This document shows, one piece after another, positions 37,286-51,041 of a stretch of DNA of 64,000 nucleotides. Both the position numbers and the translations under genes were made by a program. This DNA comes from Eledone cirrhosa (Eukaryota): assembly GCA_964016885.1 (NCBI GenBank), contig OZ024747.1:41540001-41604000 (forward strand), in the 5' to 3' direction. The notes below the pieces were generated by a model that was not told the origin of the DNA, made no database searches, and was given only the letters and a program-made list of their open reading frames with translations. Numbering within the stretch: the stretch's first letter is position 1; the number at the start of each line of letters is the position of its first letter.

Positions 37286-37821
37286 GGAATCAATTGTTGT
37301 CCGGAGAGAGATAGATAGATAGGAAGTTAGAAAAGTTTCAGGTTTTTGTTGATTAAATATGAAGTATTTTGGTGGATGATTTTGCTTGTAATGGGCATTG
37401 TTGTCATGTGTTAAAGATGTTTTATTTTATAACTGAACAGTTGTATTTTTTAGTTTAGGTTTATTGTATTCGCTTACTTTTATTTTTGTTGAGTAAGGTT
37501 ATGTAAGAAAAATTCTGTGTCTGTTATTTCAATCAGATGACCTGTTCATTGCTATTTCTGTTATAAAACAAACCCAGCTACATCGTTGGAATTTAACGAT
37601 TTCTTCTACAATCAAGAGAAGCTCTTGACATTCGCAAACCATTGAAGTTTCTCTTCCTCGCTCCCGGGTAGAGTGAGAGAGAGAGAGAGATCTGTAATTT
37701 TATTTCTCAACCTCATCATCACCACCACTGTGCTTCTTTATGAATTGCACCTCCATCCGAAAAATTGTTATTTTTGTATAGAAAATAGCTAATGAAGTTG
37801 GAAGACGTCCGTCATCAGATG

Positions 37822-37860
<39 letters not shown>

Positions 37861-37949
37861 GTATTTCCGTAGGAAAGGTAAAGGAAAAGAATGCTCTATG
37901 TAGGCTACAGAGCTTTTTAGTTATGTAATAAACAACATAAGATAATTAT

Positions 37950-38011
37950 TTCATTAACCAGTGGTTTCTTGAAGACAGATATTTATATCTGTCTTCAGTC
38001 GTCAGAACGAA
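37950..38011 (-). ncRNA. Type I hammerhead motif
   Basis: Minus strand: ttcgtt-CTGACGA-ctgaagacagata(taaa)tatctgtcttcaa-GAAAC-cactg-GTT-aatgaa. Confidence 0.75.
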
Positions 38012-38166
38012 TAAAAATGAATAGTTTGGAGGAAATGACGAATGAGTGACCACACACATTAAAATCGGATATACATGGTAGCTATGTTTTCACGCACCCA
38101 TTTTAGTTCGTACCTACACGTCTATAGACAGCTAGATACCAGTGTGTGTGTGTGTATGTATGTATA

Positions 38167-38192
38167 CAGGTGTTCAAATTGAACCCGGGACT

Positions 38193-38251
<59 letters not shown>

Positions 38252-38443
38252 ATATATGTGAAGTAATTCCATCGGAAAAGTCCAGGAAAAAAGAGTGCTC
38301 TATGTATGCAACAGATTTTTGTTTTTAGAATCCATATTCAATAAACAAACCAGGATTTTTCATTCTGAGGATTGAAAGCAAAACCTTTTGCTTTTAAGAA
38401 ACCACTGGTAAATGGAATAATTGCCTTATGTTGTTTATTATAT

Positions 38444-38519
<76 letters not shown>

Positions 38520-38549
38520 TGTGAGTCCTGGGTTCAATTTGAACACCTG
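38167..38549. mobile_element. Tc1/mariner-type MITE containing microsatellites and a hammerhead module
   Basis: TA-caggtgttcaaattgaacccgggactcaca ... tgtgagtcctgggttcaatttgaacacctg-TA: 30-bp TIRs with 1 mismatch and a TA TSD. Confidence 0.85.
38359..38416 (+). ncRNA. Type I hammerhead motif
   Basis: ttcatt-CTGAGGA-ttgaaagcaaaa(cc)ttttgcttttaa-GAAAC-cactg-GTA-aatgga. Confidence 0.8.
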
Positions 38550-39206
38550 TAATTTCTTTTCATGTTACTGTTGTATTCATGACTTTCTCTCCACCTCTGT
38601 TTGATCTTGGAAGCTCCTCATTTGATTAATCCCAGAGTAACGTCACGTATAATAATTAGGCGAGGTTATTACATTAGCTTAGTGCTACCGGCTGTACAAC
38701 TGCATGTGTTCGATTCGGTGACTCATAATTTAGTCTACACTAACACTCTCCTTTCCCTTCTTCCGCCTGTCTTTCTCCAATGTCACCAAATGACAACTGT
38801 TAAAATTGTTTTACTCCTTTTTCCTTTAGCTGAGCCTAACTCGCCTGACTGTTTAATATCATCTGGAACAAAGGAGCCGCTATGTCAGGTGTTCTTAACT
38901 TTTTTTTTTTTTACGATTATTCAATATGCCGTAATACACCGAAGTGAATAACCATGGTTAGAATATGTTTAACCGTAGGGTTATTCGACCAAGTCTATCT
39001 TGAAAAAAAACGCGTGTGTGTGGAAGGGGGGGGGGGGGGGGGTAACAACAACAACAGCAGCAACATACGTGGTCACTCGACCTGCTAGAAACAGACACGA
39101 AATTCAGTTCAATCCACACTCCATTAAAAAAGAAATGTCGTTGATTCGTGTTGGAATGTAGTTGAGCATGCGTGTACACATCTCAAGCTACAACGCAACT
39201 GGGCCG

Positions 39207-39259
<53 letters not shown>

Positions 39260-41084
39260 AAAGTTACAACATACCCGCTCAGGCTAAGAAGGAAATCCTA
39301 TGTTCTGTCGTCAAAAACCATTATATTGCAGACTCCTGCAATCGGAATTTGTCGATCTTGGATTTGCAGAAACTTAGCGCTGATGTTGGGTGTTCTATGT
39401 GATGTATATTGTGTGATATACTATGTAAGTTATATATTTTGCACTCAGCCTCACCGCTCTGTCCGGGTCAGTATGAAATCTTTTCCTGGGTCCTGTATTT
39501 TCGTTGCTCTAGTGATCCGACTAGACTGCCGACCGCTATATCTGATTTGCTAAGCTGTCTGAACGTAATGTTATTACTCTGGGGTTCTTCCTCATCCGAG
39601 TGCTAAAGTTAGCTTGGCCGTGTTCTAAAGCTTCGTTAATGCTGTACTAAAATTTATATATATATATATATATATTGTGTGTTCTTAATTATTTGTAAAC
39701 ATCAATGCTAACTTTACACGTGGTATGTTCAATATTTAACTAATATTTCCGCAGTTTTTGTTTAGTTCCATATCAGCCTTACTGAGGAGTTGTCCGATGA
39801 CAGATATATCTAGAATTACATTATCCAATGTGTATTTCATTTCCTGTAAGACAGTAATGTGTGGTTGAGGGAGTTTTGGCTCTTATTTCTAGCAGATCTC
39901 TTATTGGCTTGTTTACAAATTTCAGCAATTGTGAATTTAATAACTTTGATAAACTGAGATAATATCCATCCAATTAGTAAACAAAAACTCCCTGTAGTAG
40001 TGTTTAGAAATATAAAAGGCAAGGGAGATAACTCCAGTAATGTATATAAACTACTATATTATATAAGTACGACCGTACCTTATTTCTGTTTAGTATGCTC
40101 AACACTCTCACCACGCAGAAGTATTCCCCTTAGCCATGTTGTTGATATTTATAATCAGCAGCTCTATATTATCTCAATTTCAATATATATTGATCGCTGT
40201 GAGTAGAATAGGTTGTGCTGATGAGTTTTCATCAGACAGAACTATGCTTGTTGCCTTTTGCCAGTTTTAAAAACCAGATCAACACCACTTTTTAATATCT
40301 ATTTTGTCAAAAATGTTTAATCAACTGATTTTATTAGTTATCTCTCTTACTTGTAGCTTTAATATTTTAAACTCCTTTAGAGGAAAATGTTGCCTACTAA
40401 TTGCTTTAATAATCTCCAGAGATTATTTAAGCAATTATGAGACCACCCATTCCCCTTCAACTAGTTTGTATATAGTCACTATGTAGTGTAAAAACAAAAA
40501 AAAAAATTATTTGCAAACCTGTTATCTAGGAACCAACAGGTGTGTGCCGGATGTTAGTTAGCCTTATCATAGGTCTGTTGTTTATAAAAATTTAAATTTT
40601 ATTACTTACTCTTCATGCCAGCTGTAACCTAGTCAGTACATGCCATAAAAGTAGCCAACATATTCACTAAATGTGCCTCATAAACAAATATTCACAGAAT
40701 AAATTACTCTTAGACACTGTCTGCATGTAAAAACAATAGTTATGTTGTTGATATATTTAGTGCAGGGATCATTCAAACAGCTAATGAGAATACAGTATGT
40801 GGTGATAGCAAAGAAAACAAAAGCAATATTAACCATTGATTAGCCTGATGTTGTAAAGTTAGTGTTATGATACTTAATGAAGCAGGGAGCATCAAGAAGC
40901 TATGTTTAGCTTCCAACTACTTGCTTAACTACTTCATTACACACCAGCCAACATAATCTTGATAAGATTTCAATTTTGGAGTTGGGGACAGCTTGATATG
41001 TGTGTGTGTGTATATATATATATATGTATATACATACATTAGAACTCTACAAAGTTAACTGTCTTTAATACAGTTTATTTCACA

Positions 41085-41425
41085 TATCATCATCATCATC
41101 ATCTTCGTTTAACGTCCATTTTCCACGCTAGCATGGGTTAGACGGGAGTTGTCCCACTTGAGGCAAGGTTGGTCGGGTGACCATGTCTCGCTCATATAGG
41201 ACTATCTGGCAGGTTTTCTACGGCTGGATGCCCTTCCTAACACCAACCACATATTTATATATATACACACATACATACAGATTATTCTACATATACCTAT
41301 ATACACATATACATCATCGTCATCATTTAATGTCTATTTTCCACGCTAGCATGGGTTAGACGGGTTTGTCCCATTAAAGGCAAGTTGGGTCAGGTGACCG
41401 TGTCTCGCTCATATAGGACTGTTTA
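41085..41425 (-). mobile_element. Two short RTE 3'-tail fragments
   Basis: (cat)n-cgtttaacgtccattttccacgctagcatgggttagacggg occurs twice. Similar tails lie at about 54360-54495 (+) and 59600-59770 (-). Confidence 0.75.
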
Positions 41426-43129
41426 TACATATATATATATGTGTGTGTGTATTAATTTATAACTCTATAAAGTTAACTGTCTCTAATACCTAGGCATCTC
41501 AATGAAAGGACAAGATATTTTAATAAATTAATAAACAAATTATCTCCTCAGACAAGTAGACACCTCCTCAGATCAGTAGACACCGCTTCAGTACTGATTT
41601 GGTTTATGTAGACCTGTCCAATGCTTGCTAGCAGGAAAGCAGCCATTAAAACAATGATGATGATAAAGAGGTGGGTAGATAGATGAATTCATGAACTGGT
41701 AAATTTTAAAGTGCTCTTACAGTTTGTATTCAAATAATTCAAAATTTGGAATTTTCTTTGAAATTGATAATCATGAGGATAATTTAACGAGTTGGTTTGA
41801 TCCCTGTTTGATAAACAAATTATTTTGACTGCAAGTTTAGTATGTATGTTTTTCTAAAAACATTGTCGCATATTGCTTAAATATAGACTATCTCCTTCAC
41901 CTCCCCTGACTGTAACTTTGCTTAGTTGGACTTTTATTTTGTTATAATTGTTATAAGGTTTATATGTATGTGTGAACCTGTATCTCCTGGTGGAGTCATA
42001 AGAGCCCTGTAGTGACATAACATTTCTTGAGCATTTTCAACTTGGCAAAGCCCATCCATCTCCAGGTTTGGGCACAGCCAATCACAGAATGATAGGGGAA
42101 GCAAGGAAGATGGAGGAAGAATTGACCTCACTGCTGGACTGGTACTTTTTTTTATCAACCACAAAAGGATGAAAGGCAAAGTTAGCATTGATGGGATTTG
42201 AACTCAGAGCAGAGAACTGAAACGAATACTGCCAAACATTCTGACGTTCTGCTTCTGGTAATTCCCTGCCTATATTAGTGTATACAACTAGCTCTAAAAC
42301 CCAGTACAGTTGCTGTTATTAACCAATTAAGTAATTAACATAAGCTTATTTTATCAATGTAAGTAAATGCACCACATTAGCAAACATTCTTGAAAAGTAC
42401 AAAACAGCACTATTGTATCACATTAAAAATTTGTCTATACTCTAATACTGCAACATTTTACAAGCTATCCACTTGTAAAGATATTATAAACATTTGAATT
42501 AACAAACTTGTTTTTAGATATTTTCTGCTAAGTCATTACAGTATGTTAATAGTTAAAGATAGCAACTGAATAACAATTTCTTAACAATCTGTGTACAATC
42601 ACAACCCACCTCTGAATATTTAGTTCTCTTGTAGAGCTCCACTAAAGATCACATTGGAGTTTCTTCTTAATCCATTCATTACCATATTTCTGATTAAATA
42701 TACCACCTGTAGTTCAATTAATTTTAAAAATAACCTAAAATTTGGAGGAATTTAATAACCCCAATTGATCTCGCTTAGGGATACTTCCGATAGGACCCTC
42801 TGGAGAGCATGTCTCAAGCCTCAACCCTCGCAGGAATAAGTGGGCAAAGTTTTTTTTATTAATAAGTTGATATTTAGAACATTATTTAAGAAAATTTTCT
42901 AAAATAAAATTATAATGGAAGGTTTTAATATAGGGATAAACATTTTCAACTGAGTAGTTTTGTATCATAAATTCAGGATGGTTTAGTATGAAAAAGATTA
43001 ATTATTCTTGTGTTGTCAAATGTATATTTAACTAACTCAGATTTATGATACTAGTATCATTTTTTTTTTCTTTTATTGTCTACCCTATTGATTCATCGAA
43101 TAGGTCTTTAGTGCAAAGGTTAAGTTAAT

Positions 43130-43825
43130 TTAATCAACCCATGTACTTCAATGGTACTTTATTGACCCTGAGGGAGAAACGGCAAAGTTAACCTCGGGGT
43201 GATTTGAACTCAGAATATAAATAGTCAACACAAATACTGTCAACCCACCACTCTAAAAAGTGGTAATAATAATTGTTTCTACTTTAGGCACAAGGCCAGC
43301 AATTACCCAGTGCATTACTGGTACTTTATTTTATCGACCCCGTAAGGATGAAAGACAAAGTCAACCTCGGCGGGATTTGAACTTAGATCGTAAAGGGACG
43401 TAACTATGCTGGAAAGCATGGCATCCGACCCTCTACCGATACTGCCAATCCACCGCCATCAAAAGTGGTAATAATAATGATAATTGTTTCTACTTTTGGC
43501 ACAAGGCCAGCAATTACCCAGTGCATTACTGGTACTCTATTCTATCGACCCTGTAAGGATGAAAGGCAAATTCAACCTCGGCGGGATTTGAACTCAGACC
43601 GTAAAGGGACGTAACTATGCTAGCTCTAATAATAAAAGGACGATTATCATTATTCAAATCCCTCGATGGGATTTGAATAATGATAATTGTTTCTACTTTT
43701 GGCACAAGGCCAGCAATTATCCAGTGTATTACTGGTACTTTATTTTATCGACCCCGTAAGAATGAAAGGCAAAGTTAACCTTGGCGGGATTTGAACTCAG
43801 AATGGCAAAGGCCGTAACTCTATGC
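43130..43825 (-). mobile_element. Tandem cluster of four SINE copies
   Basis: Copies at about 43135-43240 (diverged), 43270-43457, 43482-43622 and 43685-43825. Confidence 0.88.
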
Positions 43826-44857
43826 GATTTGAATAATGATAGCTGTACACACACACATTTATCATCATTAGCACATCGTCATCATAATCATTGTGTGTAT
43901 ACATAACAGCTGCACTTTCCTTTTTTTTATGTGGATTACACTTATCCTTTATAAAGAGTTAACATCTGTTGTGTGCTGAAGTCTTTACCATGAAAAAGTG
44001 GCCTAACCTTTGGGATACACAGTAATTACAACAAAAATAAAATAGCTGTTTTAAATTGTAAAGGACAGCAGTTGTGTGCTAGACTACCAACAACAGTTAA
44101 TTAGTTGTGTGGTGATGGTGCTAGACTACAGACAACAGTTAATTAGTTCAATCTTAATACAGCTATTATCTTGTGCTGGTGGCCAAGTTACATAACTCTG
44201 ACTGGCATGTTTAACTCCTACTTCATAGTCGAGTGGTAGGCAGTAGAATGGGCATCCAGCTGTACAAAGCATTGATTTCACAAAACACATCCCACTCATG
44301 TTAGAATGGAAAATAAGTATAAAGCAATAAAAAAAAAAATAGTTCCATGATTTATTGCTGTATGAAAGACATATAATACATAGTACAGTCTTTTAATAAG
44401 TGTCTTTCATTTCAGAATATGTCTGATGTTTATATATATTTTCAAAACATTTCATGTTGCAATAATTGTAATGTTTGTAGCTTTTGTGTATTTGTTTAAC
44501 TTCTACATAGGATATATTTTTTGTCTAGCTTAGATGGTTTGAATAGAGAAAAAAAAGAAATATGCTTTTGTTGTATCTGGTTTGGTTGTTATCTGTTTCA
44601 GTTTTTAAGATGAGTTATTGCAATAATAATTTAGATCTTCTTGACATCATATTTCACTTATTCTAATCTTCTTTAGATATTTAGAGATTCTATACATATA
44701 TAATTCTCTCTCTCTCTCTCAATATTGTATACACATAAACTCATATATAGGCATAACTATGTGGCTAAATAGTCCACCTTGCAAGCATGTACTTTTGGGT
44801 TCGGCTGACCAATGCTTTGTGAGTGAAATTCAAGTCAGATACTGCATGAAAACCTGT

Positions 44858-44893
<36 letters not shown>

Positions 44894-44942
44894 GATAATA
44901 ATACAAGGATGATTTTTTAAGCCTTCATTACGTTTATTGATT

Positions 44943-45017
44943 GGTGATTCGCATTTCGCTACTAATCAGCTCAAGATTCGATCTGGCCCGACTCTGGAAT
45001 CAAAAGCTCATCGGATT
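44943..45017 (-). ncRNA. Hammerhead motif, same family as 13945/14066
   Basis: Minus strand: CCGATGA-gcttttgatt...gattagtagc-GAAA-tgcga-ATC-acc. Confidence 0.55.
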
Positions 45018-45442
45018 TCTGCGGTTGTAATGACCTGGGTGAACCTACAGTAACTTCACGTTGCATTCCCTGGAGATGTATATTTATATATTATAAAGAG
45101 TCTGGACTTGACGGCTGAGCTCTTGCTGTTTCAACAGCTAATTCTGACTCTTTATAAGATAGCTCTACTTTACCACCCCAATTGAGTACTCTGTTGAGTA
45201 ATGGTCTAATCAGTTTCAAACTGGTTCTATCCTGATTTATATTATATATATATATAACGAAGGAAGTGTGGTAAGGAACCAGATGGACCATAACGCACGT
45301 CGAAACGGCTTGAGCTCTGAACATTTTCCTATTACCCACTCTACTACCCTCAGTATTGAGTACTCTAGTGCGTTATAGTCCATCAGTCCAGAAATAGCCG
45401 TCAAAATGGCTTGAACTCTGCTGTCGGGGTCTTGAACATTTT

Positions 45443-45496
<54 letters not shown>

Positions 45497-45624
45497 TCCA
45501 GGGAGTATAACTTAGAGTTACTGTAGGTTCACCCGGGAGAGCACTCGATGTTTTGGTTCACTTCTGTGATGAGGTGTAGAGCTATACAGAGTGTAATATA
45601 TTGAAAGGATAACAATAGATAACT

Positions 45625-47760
45625 TTCTTTTTATTTGCCACCAGGGCGTCAAAGAGTGGGACAAGTACAATGGGGGGAGTTTACATAAAAAGGCGTCTCA
45701 ATAAGGAGGAGGCAATAACAAAATAGAAAAATATAAAATATAACAAAAATAAATTGAATAACAAAATCCTCAATAGGGAGGAGACGCCTAGGGGGGTTGT
45801 GTCCCCCCCCCCCTCCGAAAAAGTGTGCAACCCTTCTCCTCAGGAGCACAGAGAGAGCATGCTCCCTTGATCTTTCATCTTTCTCACCTACAGTCTGATG
45901 TAGAGTGAAGGCCGATTCACACGGGCCATTCTCGCCACTTTCACCCATCTTTCATAAAAACGGCTGGGGTGCAGCTCCTCTCTCTCCATCCTGATCCTTC
46001 ATCCAGAATGATATCGAAAGAAACGGACAAGTTGTTGGCCAGAGAAAGGTGTCTGACCTCAGTCCTTTCAGACGCGTCCACCATACAACCTCTTTCGCCA
46101 TGGCTATTACGCACAGAAACACCGCCTCTCCTTCGTTTTGGAAGAGGGAAGGCGGCTTGATCATTACAATAGACTTGGTGGTCAACCGGATCGGTCCCAC
46201 CCGTGACAGCAGTCATTCGACATAGCCCCACAGATCAGCAATGCCCGAGCAGTGTACCAATGCGTATGCAACAGTTTCCTCGTCGCACATGCATCTGGGA
46301 CAGATCTTTTTCGAGGGGTCCCTACCCGGGCGCCCGTGTCTGTAGAGCCTTTCTCGAACGGGCAGAGCCCCTCGGTAGCACTGCCAGGCCAGGGACCTCT
46401 GAATGTCATCCATAGGTGCCGGGCTGAATGTCCTACCGAACAGGTTGGTCAGTTCGTTTTCCTCCATGCCTAGGGCTTCTCCGAGGGCATCGTCGCACCT
46501 GCTAACCACCAGCCCTCTATAGAATGACGAGATGGATTCTCCACTGACAGCCTGGTCCGCCTGCCAGAGAGCCGTGAGCGCCTGGGCACACTCGGTGTGC
46601 CAGGTGCCCAGTTTTCTCGGTCTCTGCTTGACCCAGGATTGCAGCTCGGTGAGCGAGATGAGTCTGGGAAAGGCTCGCCTCACAAATGGGGCCCACACCG
46701 GTTGACCAGTGAGGAATACCTGGAGGTGCCGTAGCCTTAATGTGTGTTTACAGCACACCCAGCCCTCCTTTCGAAGGGTGTTGACAGCAGATGGATCTCA
46801 CCATAGGAGCCCGCTTCTTCCAAAGGAATTGGAAGAGTGCGCGCTCCATTTTGGCGAGCGTTTCCCTTGGGCAAGGCACGACAGTCAGGCGGTAGTAGAT
46901 GACGGACGCCATATAAGTGTTCGCCACCTCCGCCCGACCTTTCAGGGACAGTTTGCACTCGGCCCACTTCTGGGTCAGTGCAAACACCCTGTTCATTACC
47001 TCACCCCAGTTCTTCTCCACCTGGAGGTCTGGTCCAAACCAGACCCCGAGCAACTTCACCGGGCCCTCCGTCCAGCGTCCGACAACGCCATCGGGGGGCA
47101 TTGATTTGCCCCTCCACGTGCCGAGTTGCAGACTGACCGACTTGTCCCGGTTGAGTTTAGCCCCTGTATACCTTTCGTACTCCTCCAGTAAGGTGCCGAT
47201 CGCCCCGATTTCCGAGGCCGTCGACACCATTACTATTACGTCATCAAGGTAGGCCGACACCGCTTTCCGCAATCCCGGTTCCAAAGGGATGCTCTGCAAC
47301 AACTCCAACTTCCGCAGCAGTGGCTCTAGAGTCATTACATACAGAAGGGAGGAGAGAGGGCACCCTTGTCAGATGGACCGCGCGATATCGAACGGCTCCG
47401 AGAGGTAGCCGTTCTCCTTGACCCTAGAGCAGATGCGGCTGCTGTGCATGGCAGTGATCCAGCCCCTGAAAACGGGTCCGAAGCCTGCCACTGCTAGGAC
47501 CGCATCCAGGTAACCATGGTCGACCCTATCGAACGCCTTAGATTGATCCAAGTTGATCAGGGCCCCACCAAAGCGGGGTTCGTTCCCAACCCTCTCTATG
47601 ATGTATCGCATGAGGTGGAGGTTGTCGTGGATGGACCTGGACGGGATAGCACATGTCTGCGCATCTCCCACCAGGTTGCCCACGACAAGCGCCAACCTCT
47701 TTGCTAGCACCTTGGCCAAAATCTGTAACTCTGTATTTAGCAGAGTTATGGGCCTGAAAT
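45625..47760 (-). mobile_element. Tx1/L1-clade LINE, 5'-truncated and frameshifted ORF2
   Basis: NFRPITLLN, LDQSKAFDRVDH, QGCPLS, AYLDDV, KLLGVWF, KGGLG and a C-terminal CPRC...ETVAYALVHC zinc knuckle. Confidence 0.93.
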
Positions 47761-48220
47761 TATTTATATTGTATAGATATTACTCTATTATGTGTTCTAA
47801 CTGATAGGCTGAGGCCATGTTGGGGCACTGCCATTGATGCTTCACTTTCTATAGCCAGCCTGAATGGTCAGTGTTGAGTTTGAATCCTAGACTATGTGGT
47901 TTGTTGGGTTCTTGAACAAAACACTGTATTTCATGTTGCTCCAGTTCACTCAGCTGTAAATGAGTTGCGATGTCACTGGTGCCAAGTTGTATTGGTAATT
48001 GTCTTTCCCTTGGATAACATTGGTGGCATGGAGAGGGGAAACTGGTATACCTCAACGACTGCTGGTTTTCCACAAACTAACTTTGTCCAGGCTTGTGCCT
48101 TGGAGGGGAATTTTCTAGCTGTTAAACCATGGTCGTTCGTGACCAAAGGGGGCCTACAATGAATGTAACAAACTTATTCCATACGTTATTAATTAATCAG
48201 AAAACAATAGTTTGTTAAAT

Positions 48221-48392
48221 AATTGTTTCTACTTTTGGCACAAGGCCAGCAATTACCCAGTACATTACTGGTATTTTATTTTATCGACCCCGTAAGGATG
48301 AAAGGTAAAGTTAACCTCGGCGGGATTTGAACTCGGACCATAAAGGGCCGTGACACTTTGCTGCAAAGCATGGCCTCCAACCCTCCACCGAT
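48221..48392 (-). mobile_element. Same SINE family
   Basis: Reverse complement of the SINE body. More diverged copies lie at about 42130-42240, 49270-49415 and 60105-60220. Confidence 0.85.
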
Positions 48393-48475
48393 TGCTATAA
48401 AACAAAACATGTCATTCTTACTGCAATGTCAAAATTAGTCTGGAACAAATACGGTGTTTATATGGAGTTGATATA

Positions 48476-48857
48476 TCATCATCATCATCATTTTACGTCC
48501 GCTTTTCCCTGCTTGCAAGGGTGGGACGGGAACTGATTCTGGCTTGATTTCTACAGCTGGATGCCCTTCCTAACACCAACCTCATTTACAGTGAGTGCTG
48601 GGTGCTTTTTTGCCGTGGCACCTCCACGTCCACTTTACAGTGTAGGCTGGGTGCTTTTTTTCTGTGGCACCTTCACGACCACTTTACAGTGGAATGATAG
48701 GGACCCCAGTCCCTATCATCTCATTTCTACAGCTGAGTAAACTGGAGCCATGTGAAATAAAGTGTCTTGCTCAAGGAAACAACACATCACCCGGTCTGAG
48801 AATTGAACTCACAACCTTTCGATTGCAAGGCCAATGCTCTAACCACTAAGCCATGTG
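48476..48857 (-). mobile_element. Second copy of the tRNA/RTE-tail SINE
   Basis: Near-identical to 26787-27128 with one extra subrepeat. Related heads lie at 47860-48160 (+) and 56210-56435 (-). Confidence 0.8.
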
Positions 48858-49541
48858 CCTATATATATATAACATTTTAGAATGCTTACCTATCAAGAAG
48901 TCTGGTATATTTTATTATTTCAACAAGATATTTCAACTGTTCTGTCCATGTGTACATCGTCATCATTTAATCTCCATTTTCCCTGCTAAAGTTAAACAAT
49001 GATGATGTAGTGATAAGCTACTATTATTCTCACTGTAGACAGGAATGTGTAGTTAATTTCCAATGAGGTGTTAATAAATACTGAATCTAGTGGATCTATC
49101 TTTTTATCTGACTACAGAGGAAACCTGTCTTAACCACAGCGTATACCTTTTTTTTTTTATAGAGAAGCTAAAAGAGTGTTAATGAAAATCAGATGTTCAT
49201 AAGTTTACCTTATATTTCAAATGATCATATTGCTTTATAATGCTTTTAATAATTTGTTAATTAAAAAATGGTGGGTTGGCAGAATTGTTAGTCAGATAAA
49301 ATGTTTTGCAGCATCTGTTCCTGCTCATTACATTTTGTGTTCAAATTTTGCCACGGTCAACTTTACCTGTTATCTTTCATAGGTTGATAAATTAAAGCAC
49401 CAGTCAAATAGTGGGTTGATATTCCACTATTTCCCATTAGAAATCATTAATTACTCTTGGGTTTTGAATAATAACACACACACACTGATCTATTGGATGG
49501 GCTGGGGGCCTGCATTTTACTTACATACATTCTCTTGGTCT

Positions 49542-50162
49542 ATAATAATAATAATGAAATTGTGTACAGTACTCAGGTGCACTACAACTCATCACAGGTG
49601 CATGTATAGTACATAAAATAATGTACAAATGTCAGGAAAGTGAACAGTGTGTGTGTGTATGGAGGGGGGGATATCAGGTGTAGTGTTGGCGAATTTCAGG
49701 AAGCATGGAGGTTTTAAAAGATACAGTGTCTCTGCAGTTAACAACTGATGTAGGTAGTTTGTTCCATGCTTCAGCAACGCTGAGCGTGAAAAAATGTTGC
49801 CAAAAGTCATGGGAGCTGTGCTGTTTTCTGACTTGGTAGGCATGCCCACATGTGTTAGCACCTTTTTGAATTCCATGTGTCTAAGAGATGTTGTTGGCAA
49901 GATAGTTAATAATTTTGTGGGTGTTTACCAAGTCAGTTGCCAGACATTGGAGCTTCAATGTATCCATGCCCAGGGAAGCAAGGCGTTCAGAGTATGGTAG
50001 GTGCCTGAGCAAAATAGGGGTTCTGAGCAAGATGGGGGTTCCAGACTGGTGATGCAAATTCTAAGTGTGACCATACCATAGCTATATACAGCTTTAAATA
50101 GATAGCTGGAGAGTGGCTGACAAAAGTCTTGCTGAGTGATGCCAAGACACCCTCGGCCTTCT
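49542..50162 (-). mobile_element. CR1-group LINE 3' fragment with internal deletions
   Basis: Collinear with the 3' part of 14850-15525 and has the same tail. Confidence 0.9.
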
Positions 50163-51041
50163 GGACGTGGAGTGCAATTTATCATGGCACCAACACTAAG
50201 GAAGTTGTCATGCTTTTGACAAAGCTGAAGGGTCCTCCCCTTCCCACCCTTTGGCAGGTTTTCTACAGCTGGATACCTTTCTCTCACCAACCACTTAAGT
50301 GAGTGCACTCGGTGAGTTTATCATTGTAGATCACCAACACTGTCATTGTCCATATCACATACTCTTACTAACAGTTTTCTCTCTTGTACCTCTGATTCTT
50401 TTTATATCCAACTTTTCTCTTAGCTTATCTCTGCTCCATTGTCCATGAGCATCTCACTTAACATTTTGACACAATTCTAGGTTTTCTTTTAACTGTGTTA
50501 AATATAGACACAGGCAAATATATACACATACATACTAGCACGGAAAATGGACATTAAATGATGATGATGATGATGATATACACCAATTTTCAACCACTAC
50601 AACAATGCTTCTCTCTCTATCCCTCTCCCTCTCTCTCCCTTTCTTCCTCTCTCCCTCTCTCTCCCTTTCTTCCTTTCTCTCTCTCTGTTCCCCTGTCTCT
50701 TCAATAACTGCCAATATTCTTCCTTTTTCTTTTGTTTCTCTTCTTTTTTTTTTTGCTTCCTTCTCCCTATAATTCCCTATTCTTTCCTTTCCAAAATGTT
50801 AAAGGTACTCATTTCTTTCCTCTTTCATTTCACTGCTAAACTAATAATATCATTCTCTGTGATTGTTTTCATTGTTTCTTTATTGTTAATGACCTTACAC
50901 TACACACTGTTTCCTTTATGGAAATTATTTTTGTTTTTTTCTAATTCAGAAAAAACTTTCAAGGTGAAACCAACCAAATATGATGTTTCTATAACCTTAG
51001 ACTTTTTAATCAAGGAATCATTACTTCAGTTTGAATTTTAC

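Noticed and set aside
45941-47804. Plus-strand ORFs over the Tx1 element (and similar antisense ORFs over CR1, RTE and hAT)
   Set aside because: Antisense shadows of transposon coding sequence.
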